64,000 bases of DNA from Coniocarpon cinnabarinum (lineage: Eukaryota): the NCBI GenBank assembly GCA_051942205.1, contig JAVECO010000012.1, forward strand, positions 62,001 through 126,000, read 5' to 3'. Made by a program: the position numbers and the translations under genes. Of the stretch, positions 37,642 to 48,644 are shown piece after piece. The notes under the pieces were generated by a model. It saw nothing but the letters and a program-made list of their open reading frames with translations, made no database searches and was not told where the DNA came from. Positions within the stretch are counted from its first letter, which is position 1; each line of letters starts with the position of its first letter.

Positions 37642-38608
37642 TTGTCGACGAAGCAAACGCCTCCATCCTTCAACTCCTTCAACTCCTTCTGAATGAGCTA
37701 GTCGCAGCCACTCTGTGGTGATGAATAGTCAAGGACGCTGTCAGAATGAGAGGACCTTTTCTAGGTTCGGATTGTCTTATTGGGAGTGTCATGATGCAGG
37801 AGAATCGGGGTGCAGAATCCTCGTTGACTGAATGGCGTGCAGAAGCTCCGAGGTTTCTCAGGTTCGTGTCTTAGCTTGTAAGCTTCATACTGATGAGTCG
37901 AGGGTATTTCAACTTCCAACTCTCTTTCAAATCTTGATGTTGAAGAGATTGCCGTTCACGTCTTCTCAAACTCTCTTGTCAGACCGTCGACTGAAAAAAG
38001 AACTGTTAATCAGCCTGCTCATGTCATGCGTCTAGCATGTTCAGCAATTGTTTCCACGGGTTCCATGATGCATCATGATTAGTAATGAGGTGCGATAGAA
38101 AGATTAGTCGTGCTGATCACGACAAGTGCCTCGTGGAAGAGTACTTGCCGCATTCAAATTCAGCGTCTTTTGAGTCAAAAAGTCCTTGCGCCGTTGTATT
38201 CACAGGTTTGTGACACACTTTTATCCCATCGCACGGACTTGTCCTGAGACAATACCTGCCGCATTTCAATTCGACATCTCATAAGTCAAAGAGGGCTTTC
38301 GCCGCTGTACTCAAAAAATGAACCCCGAATCTACATCACCGTACGCGCTCGTCACCTAGAATGACGTCCAACGATTACTTTTGTCTTGACCCTTGCAAGT
38401 CAATGACATCCTGCATCATGGCAGCTTCAAGATATCACTTAAGCTCAAGCACAGGCCACGCATGTGATTTTAAGTAGTGCAGCACTTTGTTGTTTTCCCT
38501 TTTTCTCACGTCGTCTTATTTTCTGCACGTTCTGCCACGGTCAAGTGACATCACTTTGATGATCTAGGTGGAAAAGTACTCAAGTCGCAGGGGTTGCAAA
38601 TAGCTACT

Positions 38609-39286
38609 ATGGCTCCACCAAGGAATGGAATTGCTGCTGATCTCCTCCGCCGAATCAGGCGTGTTGAGCGTAGCGCCAGAAACGGACAGAGAGAGCTGAT
38701 CGATGTCGCGAACCTTGGATCACGCACCAGAAAAGCTACCTCTAAGGAAAAAACAAAACAGCATACTGAAGAACTTTTGCTCAAGTCAGAAGCAGCACTT
38801 CCTCAGCTGCCAAATGAGATCATATGTTCGATCGTCGACTTCTGCGTGCTCCTCTGTTATGAAGATCCACATACTCTCAAGAGGCCAGCCATGGTCTCCA
38901 ACGTTTTTGCTGCCGTTCAGCTATCGCGAGTGAATAAGTTGTTTCTAATGCAAGTACGGAAGACCACGCGAGAGCTTTTGCGCCGCTTTCGGATACGAAC
39001 TTCCAGAAATGTGTTCAAATGGCGCAGACATTTGCAGAGTCACTGCTTCCAATGTCTTTTGTCGGACAATTTCTGCCCAGAGGGCTTAGTCATTCTTGCT
39101 AGGGATGACGTGAATCAGTTTGTGGTTCGCTGTCTAGGTCTCATCAATGAGGACACCAAAGCGATGGAGGCCATCTGGAATCGATACTCTGTAAGGTCTT
39201 CTTCCATCAGTATTGCAATGCCTGCATTCACTGACAAAAAGACACACCAGACGGCAAGGCCGGCGATCCTCGGAGCGAACAAGTAG
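38609..39286 (+). CDS. Small F-box-like family protein 5 (hypothetical) with basic N-terminus
   Basis: LPQLPNEIICSIVDFC...VFAAVQLSRVNKLFLMQVRK; RRHLQSHCFQCLLSDNFC. Confidence 0.72.
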   Translation: MAPPRNGIAADLLRRIRRVERSARNGQRELIDVANLGSRTRKATSKEKTKQHTEELLLKSEAALPQLPNEIICSIVDFCVLLCYEDPHTLKRPAMVSNVFAAVQLSRVNKLFLMQVRKTTRELLRRFRIRTSRNVFKWRRHLQSHCFQCLLSDNFCPEGLVILARDDVNQFVVRCLGLINEDTKAMEAIWNRYSVRSSSISIAMPAFTDKKTHQTARPAILGANK

Positions 39287-39769
39287 AAATGATGAGAGGG
39301 AGGTGACTGCGATGATATGATGGTTCTCATAACTGTAACAATTTTCAAGATAGTGCAGTGGACTTTCGTTCACAGCCAGTTGACCTCGTGAATAATATGT
39401 TACTTAGGTAGCAAGGAGTAATGGGATTAGCAAAGCAGGAGAATTCTACCACAATTTTACTATATGTGATTACTGTATCTCCAGTATGTAGGCAGCGAAA
39501 GGCGGTCAAGAACAAACATATCACGCGGAGAGCACGTGATTGTCTGCCTGAATATACTTGACACCCCACATCTTTTACTTCAGGAGAAAGTATCGCAAGG
39601 TCTCAACAACTTTCGCTTCAAACTCGCTCGCGTGCTACCACCCGCATTCCTCTTCAAGTCAGCGCCTGGCTCGCTCAGCACAAAATCGCTTGAGGGACGA
39701 GGTCAGAAAACTGCGCAGCAGTCTTAGTGTATCAGTGACTCCCTTAAATCTACGTGAAACTTACCAGTC

Positions 39770-40879
39770 ATGTCGTCTGAAGAGGGTGTTGGCTCCTCAG
39801 AGAGTGATGACGGTACTCCTCATCAAGATGCAGCCTTCCCGGCAATTGATCACAAAGACTTCCGTGCGGCAATCGCACACCACTACGGGATCAAAATTCG
39901 CAAACGTCCTCAAATTGCTTCCCCATTCGAACATTTCGACACCTCTGACCCCAAATGCACCGACCCGTATCAGGAGGATGTCGTCTCCTTGTACGAGCAA
40001 AATCACCCACATTGTCACTTCTGGCATGCAATCGACAACGGTGAAGCGAGTGAACAAGCTAGACAATACAGGTGCCTCGCTAGATTTTGCGAGAACCAGG
40101 CCAAGTTCTCACACTACAGCAGAATTTTCTTCGTCAAAGAAGATGAAGTTCCATCCGAATATGATGTGAAGCTCATGAGTAAGGCTTATGTGAAGTACGA
40201 GCTCAGTATAGCGCCGAATATCGATGTTTTTGGTCATCATTATGACCTTCCCCCTCCTATGATCCATACCAAGGACAGAGTACATATTTATAATGCCACC
40301 TTCGACTTCAATCCGACCATCGACCGCACGTACTGGCTCGTCGCACATCGCTTGGAGGTACCGTTCCCAAAGATGCGCGCTTATTTTGGCAGCGATGGTC
40401 GTTATCTAGCAGGTAACCTGATATTTCCATACTTCATGATCCAGTTCAAGGACGAGCGCGCGGACATCGCAGTAGCTGAGAACCAAATCGCTTTAGCTGC
40501 AGCCCTAACGACATATGCTCGATTTCAGCTGCGTTGCCAACAATTAGCATGCCGAGACCAATATCCTCTTACTCCGCGTGATTTCACCGATATCGGTATT
40601 TATGCAGCAGTGTTCGACGGATCAAGGGTCAACCTCTATGAAATACAACCAATTGTGTTACTCGAAAATTGCAATCCCAAGGAGGACTTGGCTGAGTTCT
40701 GGGGAGGCTGTAGCGTCACGCATTTCTGCACGCATGACTTGACGTCCATGGAGTCGACCCTAATGGTTAGACGATGGTTCAATGAGATCCATAACTGGGG
40801 CTTGGGTCCCTATAGTGATGGGATTGCTCTTGACGTCAACAAGATAATGGATCAGGGAGGTCGAGAGGAGAGTGTTTGA
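39770..40879 (+). CDS. Intronless hypothetical protein with a fungal PD-(D/E)xK-like (restriction-endonuclease-fold) domain
   Basis: 369-aa ORF with IDRTYWL...FPYFMIQFK...AVAENQIALAAA...YAAVFDG...RWFNEIHNWGL, matching the recalled fungal 'FPF..VEFK...AENQ' nuclease-like domain pattern. Confidence 0.65.
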   Translation: MSSEEGVGSSESDDGTPHQDAAFPAIDHKDFRAAIAHHYGIKIRKRPQIASPFEHFDTSDPKCTDPYQEDVVSLYEQNHPHCHFWHAIDNGEASEQARQYRCLARFCENQAKFSHYSRIFFVKEDEVPSEYDVKLMSKAYVKYELSIAPNIDVFGHHYDLPPPMIHTKDRVHIYNATFDFNPTIDRTYWLVAHRLEVPFPKMRAYFGSDGRYLAGNLIFPYFMIQFKDERADIAVAENQIALAAALTTYARFQLRCQQLACRDQYPLTPRDFTDIGIYAAVFDGSRVNLYEIQPIVLLENCNPKEDLAEFWGGCSVTHFCTHDLTSMESTLMVRRWFNEIHNWGLGPYSDGIALDVNKIMDQGGREESV

Positions 40880-41909
40880 AAGTGCGCAAGCTCAAGAGTC
40901 CAGAGGCAGTTAAATGTTACACAATCGTCAAAAGTTGGCAGGAGGTGCAACAGCGTCAACAACTGATTTTACGTGCGCTTGCTTCTGTGTGCGTTTCCTC
41001 GCCTCCGGCATGTGATTGGTACCACATATCTTCGTTATGTTGCGGAGACGAGGGTACAATGTTCGCCTCCACATTTTGAGTTGCGTTAAAAAAGCGAAAT
41101 GCTCTGAGCAGTGTCCGGCGCAAGTCGTAGAGATAAAGATTATGATTCCTGCATCAATGCTGAAATGCTATTTGCGCATATCAGTAGTCATATCGACGGT
41201 ATCTTAACATCTTTCGACATACTGCAATGAGTTCGATTTTAGATCCTGATCCGCCCTTCGGTAGTGATTACTTCAACGCTTTACATCCCATCCTAGGGCT
41301 CTGTGGGCAGAAGCTTCTCTGTTGGGCTCTCTGACCGTGAAACGGCCATGTTAATTGCCTTCGTGGGGCGGGGATCGTATGCGTCCCGCTAGCAGACATC
41401 CGTCGCCAATCGCACAACCTCGCCAGCCATTGCGATGCGCAATTTCTTCTTGTCGTCCCCGGATACTTCGGTCACTGTTTCGCGCAGAGGGCACTCAAGA
41501 GCGCAATGTCATGGACAAGGCAACCGGAGGAGGGCCGTGTAGCTGGATGCAAACGAGGCGAACTCGTATCTGCCGTGCTGAGAACCCGTCAATGTCGTCG
41601 CAACACTGTTCCACTAATCGGGCATAACACCGCACTTAGGACACGTTCCTTATCAAGTGCAGCTCCATCGCTCTACCTTTAACAACGGATCTCGCACCTC
41701 TTCAGTAAGCGCGAGAGCGTTAGCAGGCACACCTCGAGACCCTCTTCTTCCCATAAAGTGTCGCCACCTCGTCATAACTTTGTCATCGTTCTTGAGACAA
41801 CTCCTGGAGGAGCTTATCCTGTGCAGCTAGAGACACCGAACGAGGACTACCTCTCAACCGCTTGGAAGCGGCGAAGGGCAGCATACATCTGGATATTACG
41901 TTCAATGTG

Positions 41910-42638
41910 TTACACCGCATGCTGCACCTGCGACGCCTCGGCAATCTGGCAAGCCTTCCATTTGGCGCACGAGAGGGGGCTGATCTTCGTGAGAGCAGTC
42001 TCGCATGTGTAGACACCAGTTGCCACAGGCGCTGATAACATTATCCCACGGGTCTTACGCAAAAGGACGGCTTCAAAGATAAACAAGTAGGCCTGACGTT
42101 GGGGCGATAGCAGTGACAGGTACATGACTAGAGGCCTAATGTTTGTGGTAAAGGCCCTTGGTGTATTTTCACCCCAAACGTTTGGAAGACCAGTGGAGAT
42201 ATGTTCAAGACGAGCCCGGAAAATGCGCCCGCACAATGCTCTTGACTGTTCGTTATCTCCGTAGGAAGAAGCTTCGGCACAAGCATCCTTCTACGCCTTC
42301 TACGCCTTCTTCCAGACGTGCCACCGCCACACGTGCCACCGCCACACGTGCCAGTCCTCTATGTCGGGATGCTCCTTGTAGCCCTTGTCCTTCAGCCACT
42401 CTTTCGCGTGGACCAAACAAGTGCGATAAGCGTCTTCGTGCTCCATAAAATCAGGATCAGGTAGTTCGAAATGATAAAAGTGCTCTTTCCGATCCACTTT
42501 TCTCCAAGCCCCGGCGCCGTTTCACTTCTGTTGTAGTTCTCTAAAAAACTCGTCGACGTTTTCGGATGCGTCGAGCTCGAAGACCCATATGTCCTTGCTA
42601 AGCAGGCCCAAGTGCTCCAACTCCTGAGTAAGACCCAT
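41910..42638 (-). pseudogene. Disrupted orphan reading frame with three in-frame stops and internal tandem duplications
   Basis: ATG at 42638 (MGLTQELEHLGLL...). The same frame runs through TGA 42524, ORF 42497-42300, TAG 42302, TAG 42293 and ORF 42236-41910. Confidence 0.5.
42287..42353. repeat. Adjacent short tandem duplications: 9-mer CCTTCTACG x2.7 and 15-mer ACGTGCCACCGCCAC x2.5
   Basis: Directly visible at 42287-42310 and 42316-42353. Confidence 0.9.
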
Positions 42639-44694
42639 CGTGTCTACCGTCTAGGTGCTCTCGATGGACGCTCAGGTCTCAGCTTCGACGAGGCGCGGTG
42701 TCTGCGAATGGATGTGAATAGTAGAGGATTCAATAATCTGAGAGCGGGTCTCAAAAGTTAGTTTGTTGATTGAGATGGGCGATCAGCAGTACAAGCACAT
42801 GAAGGGTTAAATGCAATTACTTTGCAGAGAACACTTGTTGATACACCTACGCAACGTGTCCTCGACAACTCAGGAGTCGAGTTGCACTCTGAGGCGTTCT
42901 TCTGTTGGCGCTAAATTTCACAAGCCTGCTAGTGTCCGGTTGTCGCCTCCGCCGTTTCCGAAGGGTGTTGCTGAGCTCCGGTCTTACGGCCCTCCGCTAG
43001 GTCCTGTCGCATGACAGCCTGGGTTCTGTAGCAGTAGCAGGCAGATCTGTAGCGAGGGCAGCTGTAGAGAAGGGAAGAAAGAAAGGGAAAATAATAAGCA
43101 AGAGAAGCAAGGGAAGGAGGAGATTGCGCCCAGGCTCAGGCCATGCAGCACCTAACATTCGCTGCGTCTGCGTTGATTCCAAGACTCGAAGCTCATGTAA
43201 CAACGTAAGATTGCACGCGATCATGAGCCTTCGCTGTTGGGGACATTGCGCTGCGGGCACCCCCAACAACAAGCAACCCCTACTTTGTAACGTCGTTAGA
43301 TGAGCTATCTTACCATGTGACCATGTTGTCGGCGAGTCGTCCGCACCGAGACAGTTGGTCGCATTGTCTGAGATGTTCCACGATGATGGTTCCTTCGAAA
43401 ATCCTCTGCGACGTGCGACTTAGATTGAAAGTGAAGCAGCATGCGAGACCTGCCTTCACTGCGTGAGATCGCGAAAGGTGACATCATGGCATCAAGGCCG
43501 GTCGTTGAGGAGATGGGATGATAATCCATAGCTCTGGAATTGATTGAGGCCGGGAGGCTTTTCTGTGACAGAAAGTAGCAATGCTATTGCTTGCGACACT
43601 CGAGGTGAGTTCAGCCACCGTTGAGGCATCAGCATCAACAACAGTCGGTCACGAATATCTCATGGGCACAACGAAGCCAGCGTCGTGACCACGTTACTTA
43701 CGCAACGCTACACATCTGACAAGGAGGAATTGTCCGGTGTTGGTAAGACATTGTTTGGCTTCAGCTTGGGTTGTAGTGACGTACGTATTCAAAATATCAG
43801 GGCAAGGGCGGATCAATCTTGCCGCCCAACATGCCGCCTCGCCTTTTTTAGCCTCGCGGCCTTAGACCGACCCTATCTTTGTTCTTCTGCTGTCGCCTTC
43901 AGCAGAATCTTAATTCTGATGATATGGACAAAGATGAGGATATTCCGCCTAGCCAATTATTTGCTGAGCTTGAGCATATACGGTATGTGGTTCGATTGCG
44001 ACAAAATTCCCATTACTGTTAGATATTCTGTTATATCGGGCACCTAGCTTTCGCTTACTATCTTAGGTGGACATCAAATGCGTCTGATACCCATCTCTAT
44101 TCTCTAATTAGTTGAATGACTCATTACTTATCTTAACAACGAGCGTGAAACATTTTCCACCCATGCGGCGCTTCTAAAACGTGGCTTGACGAGGAAGAGT
44201 GGGAGTATAAGTCGTAACGCACCTGCGCCCATAAAAGCGGGTCTGCTCAGAGGCATATGGGTTTACGGTAGGTACGTCCTCAGCCCAAAGGGACTAGGCA
44301 CTAGATAAAAGAGGCTTCCTGTCTACAGGTGCGACTCGAGAGGAATAACGGATTGGGTAACGTCTCTTGCATAGTATTCTTACGTGACTTGCCATCGCAC
44401 AAGATCGCGCTTACCATCTCGAACCGCCAGTTCCGACCCTGCACCAATAAACGGCGCGTAGATCAAGATCTGTCTAGTTTTCAGAAGACTTCGGCAGATG
44501 TCAGCGACGAAAACTTTGCTAAACTTGACGCGTCGTAAGGGTCAGACACAGGCTCCAACTATCGCCGTACAGGCCTCAACAGGAGGCAGCAATCTGTGAT
44601 ATGGATGAGAAGGAGAGATTCGCACGTCAAATAATTTCTCATTACGAGTCCTAAGGACGCGAGCCTCTAATAAGTACCTAAAGCTATAGCCTCG

Positions 44695-45107
44695 TATTGC
44701 TAGATAACTATCATCAGCAACTTCTTGGCATTCAGAAATTTTTTTTCTGAGCCACTGTTGGACAAACTTCGACGACAGCGCTCACAAATCAACATAATTG
44801 CTTAAGATCTTAACTCGTACTAATCAAACAAGACTTAAATTTTTATATAGGTTACTTGAATTTTACGCGCAATTACTTTACAACTTTATACATATATGCT
44901 AGCTTGTAAAGATAGATTTTTTGTATCGTCCTTTTTTAAAAATTTAATATACACAGCGTAAAATTTAGACATTACTTATGTATATATAGCTTTCAGATTA
45001 ACAAAATTAGTTGAAATACGAGCGCTGTCGTCGAAGTTCGTCTAACAGTAGCTGAGAAAAAAATTTCTGAGTGCCAAGAAGTTGCTGAAAATAGTTATCT
45101 AGCAATA
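44695..45107. mobile_element. MITE-like non-autonomous element: ~89-bp imperfect terminal inverted repeats around an AT-rich core
   Basis: 44695-44783 (TATTGCTAGATAACTA...CGACGACAGCGCTC) is the reverse complement of 45020-45107 with few mismatches, mostly transitions. TA sits at both outer ends; the core is TpA-rich and noncoding. Confidence 0.75.
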
Positions 45108-45526
45108 TAGTGTAGGGTTAAACCCTAACATCCCAGTCGATGCGCGTCCGCCGCTCACACAGGGCGCACGCAGCCCATAGCAAAGTATCAGGCGGAAGCA
45201 TATCGGTTTTGGCTCATTCCATGATCTTTGCGAGACTTCGCAGAACGCAGGACAAGATTCGATAAAGGAACTCGAATTCCGACAGTGACTGAAGACAATA
45301 GAATAAATTATGCAGAGAAGAGTGTAAGGTAAGAAAGAAAGACACGTGTATGATAATTGTTCGATACAGTACTAGGATCGTATACACTCTTGCCCTTGGC
45401 TGCCAAACGCGTACAAAATTCAAGAGTAGCTCGCGCGTTTGCTAGCATTCGGTAAGGTCTTGTTAGATATACGTATCGATTTATTGTCCAATCCACGAAC
45501 ACACCTGTATGGGCTCGAGATACACG

Positions 45527-45877
45527 CTAATGCTCTGCCTCATCGTCTTCTGGACTTTGCGTTCGGTTCTTTCCAGTTAGGTCGTACCATAGCTCTGTGC
45601 TCTTCATACCCTTGCTTTTCTCGGTCTCACGTCCTCTGTGTTCTCCTGGTGGTGCGCTACTAGACGCTTTACTAGACATGGTCGAACCCGGGTGGCGGGG
45701 CTTCTTACCCGGTGGAGGTTTGGGTCTCTTGGTTAGGTTGAGTTTTGTGCCAAGGTTCTCGATCACTTTTTCCATGCCCTCAAACATGCCGCTTCTTCCA
45801 GAGTCAGGCTTGCCAGGCTTCTGATTTTCAGAAGAGTCGGCCTTGCCAGGCTGCTCATTTCCAGTAGAGTCGGCCAT
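45527..45877 (-). CDS. Small hydrophilic orphan protein (116 aa) with an 11-aa N-terminal repeat
   Basis: ATG in context AAATGG; ADSTGNEQPGK/ADSSENQKPGK/PDSG repeat; TATAA-like element ~120 nt upstream on the minus strand. Confidence 0.5.
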   Translation of the reverse strand: MADSTGNEQPGKADSSENQKPGKPDSGRSGMFEGMEKVIENLGTKLNLTKRPKPPPGKKPRHPGSTMSSKASSSAPPGEHRGRETEKSKGMKSTELWYDLTGKNRTQSPEDDEAEH

Positions 45878-46911
45878 TTCCCTGTATTGACGAGAGCAAC
45901 GATAGCAAAGGGTCAAGATTCGTGAGCAGGTACCTTGTTTTGCGGGTTCTTACAGATTCTGGCTATTGAAGTTGGCCGGGCGAATCGTCACACTTATAAA
46001 GACTCAGGCATGCATTCAAATAGATGATCTCAAAGGAACACGTATCACACTATTGATAAGGACTAGGTTTTGGAGTCCCACCGCATTCAGCGCTAAGTTT
46101 TGGAATCATACCGAAGGAAGCGCTAAGTTTCCCATGGATTTATTGTCGAAGGATGAAACAATCGAAGGAATGGCCACGCTGGCCGCCCGGCGTCTTCGTT
46201 GAGGGACACAGGCTGCATTCCCCATCCAGAATAACTAAAGTACAGTGGAAACTTTGGTTCAAAGCGTACTCCGCATCTCCGGAAGAGATAAAAGTGTGTC
46301 AGTGCCAAGACAAGCCAAGCCAAGCCAACTCATTGACCCTCTTGTGACATCGACGTCCTTATTAATAAGACCACTTAGTGATCGCATCCCGATGAAAGGA
46401 ACTCTACGATCCTGATGCACAGGTGTGCAAGCTGAAACAAGCACAGGCCCCAGCCCTCCCAGCCGTCGCCAGTTAGATAATGCCAAGTCTTGAAAGACGA
46501 GTGAAACCCCCAATGATTCCCCCTCTCTACTCTCGGAGACTTGTGTGTACTCGTTGCCGGAGCTCGGATAGTCCCAAGGATTCTATTAATTACTGGGTCA
46601 CCGGAGGCAAAGACTTAAGGGACGAACTCAAACTGGGAGGCTCAACGCTGTCGATGATGATGATACGCTCACAACCGCGTTTTGCGCAGTGTTGTTGCGC
46701 TCTGTAGCCATTGCTTGCAAATGGGTGTTTGGTGTGGTCGAAGAGACATCGCAAGTATAGCACTTCTGAGACTTTTAAGGGTTAAAAAGAGAAGCGAGTG
46801 TAAGGCAAGTTAACGTGATCTACCAGATCTCAACAAGCCCTCAACGGGAATCATTCGACCACTGGGAAACCCCGTCCTAGGTCATGCCTAACGCATGCAT
46901 GTCTACTTACT

Positions 46912-47445
46912 CTATCTGAAAAGAGCCTTGCTGATTCTTTTTTCAAGATGTCGACCGCTCGATGTCATCTTGCAAAATTCCATTGTCTTTTCCACAGCGC
47001 AGCAGGCAGAACCGATGCGCATTTTCTTATGATCGGCGGCAGACAGCTGGACCAAAACTTTGTGAATTTTCAGACACTCCCTGAGCCCATCATACCCCGA
47101 GTCAACTTCCCAGCCACAATTAGGACATTCATACTCGGTGTGAATGTACTGAGGATACCACTTTTCAATGTCATCAATGCGTGCCCGAGCTTCTTCAAGC
47201 ATTTTCGTGATAGTAGTCAATGCATACAGTAGAGTTGATTTGCTCAAGCAGAATACAGGGCGGACACTGCGAGGAAGCCAAGAGCCGTTCATTTCGTCAA
47301 TGATCGATCGCCAGTAGATGTCAAGAATTTTGATAATCAGCTCTAGTGGAAGCTGTATGGGGTCCTGAGAGCGGCGAACAACTGCTGCATCTGTAGTCGA
47401 AGGCTCTGGTATTTCCGAAGCTGCACATGGGTCTGTTGACGCCAT
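46912..47445 (-). CDS. Small F-box-like family protein 6 (hypothetical)
   Basis: PIQLPLELIIKILDIYW...PVFCLSKSTLLYAL; HTEYECPNC-x13-C. Confidence 0.72.
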   Translation of the reverse strand: MASTDPCAASEIPEPSTTDAAVVRRSQDPIQLPLELIIKILDIYWRSIIDEMNGSWLPRSVRPVFCLSKSTLLYALTTITKMLEEARARIDDIEKWYPQYIHTEYECPNCGWEVDSGYDGLRECLKIHKVLVQLSAADHKKMRIGSACCAVEKTMEFCKMTSSGRHLEKRISKALFR

Positions 47446-48110
47446 CTTCAAGGTCCGACGGCAAGCTCAGACGGCAGGGAGAAGTTAGAGACTGGTATAA
47501 GTCGAGAAGTGAAGGTGTGGAAGTCTAGTATAAGAATGCACCACGTGAGATACTTCCTAAAAGGGAGCGCAAGTTCCACCCGTGCGCGATAACGCTTTGA
47601 AGAATTCGCCTTTGCCTTCATGTGCGCCTAAGCGAACTTCGGTTGGTGTGCACTACCACATACAAAATCTCTCCAAGGCACCGTATATGTTTAGAGCGAG
47701 CTTCCATTGCGGCATAAAGTGGTAGGCGCTCGTCTGGTGAGGCAATGATGTCTGACATCACTTCTTATTAAGCAAGAAAGCAGCGCATGGGACGTTGCAG
47801 TCTATTCACACGTACGCTAATATCTACCAGACGGTATCTCAAAGCGCAAGTAATCAAAAAGGCAGCGCGTACTATAATCTTGTTAGTAGAGATTTATTCT
47901 CGTCTGATGACCGGGACACCACTAGAATACTGTGCTCAACAAACGTCTCATCGAGTTTGCTCTGACAGTATGAGCCTCCTTTAGTGGATGTGATAAAGAT
48001 TCTCGTCCAAATGTCGTTAAGCTGCCCAAACATCCCCAGTTGCGCGCTTGGTCCCCTTAACAGAGCACCGCCTTGGTGCATCTCCAGTCTCTTCAGCTCG
48101 GCCTTGGCAA

Positions 48111-48644
48111 TTACAAGGTTCTCGGGCAGAGTGAATACATTCTGTATCCTGGGATAAGACCGCAATAATCTAGTACATTGTACGCTGCGCAAATATCTCT
48201 TCCCACACGGAGTAAAGCCTATGTGGCTTCCCGTAATTGACGAGACCTTTGATGAAGCCCATCACATTCGGGATGTTCGTGAGGGGAGGGTCTAGGACTA
48301 AATCGCTTACCGCACTTCCGGCAGGTATCAAGTGCTAGTGACTCTCTGGGCGCTCCCCCTAGTAATATATCTTCAAGCATGGACTTCAAAGCCTCGAATC
48401 CTTCACGTATGCGGAGCAACGCATGCATAGTTGTAGCCTTGTTCAAAAAGAGCGATGGAGTAGGAGTGCCAAGCTTGTCGGGAAGAGCTGACTCCGCGTC
48501 GACACTCAATTCCCAGGTCTTTTCAAGAATATCCAAGATTAGTTCCGGAGGCAGTTGGGCGAAGATCTGGGGCCGCGTGGATACATCTTCCCCGGCTGCG
48601 GAAGTGGTCGCCTCGAAACCGGAAGGAGAAGGCGTTGACGCCAT
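48111..48644 (-). pseudogene. Small F-box-like family protein 7, tandem paralogue of protein 6 with a premature TAG at 48221-48219
   Basis: FAQLPPELILDILEKTW...SLFLNKATTMHAL; CRKC-x15-C. After the TAG the frame continues ALLRVGRDICAAYNVLDYC, alignable to KMRIGSACCAVEKTMEFC of protein 6, up to TAA at 48113-48111. Confidence 0.62.

Noticed and set aside
42287..42353. Short repeats as a CRISPR-like array
   Set aside because: Eukaryotic context, and the units are contiguous tandem duplications with no spacers.
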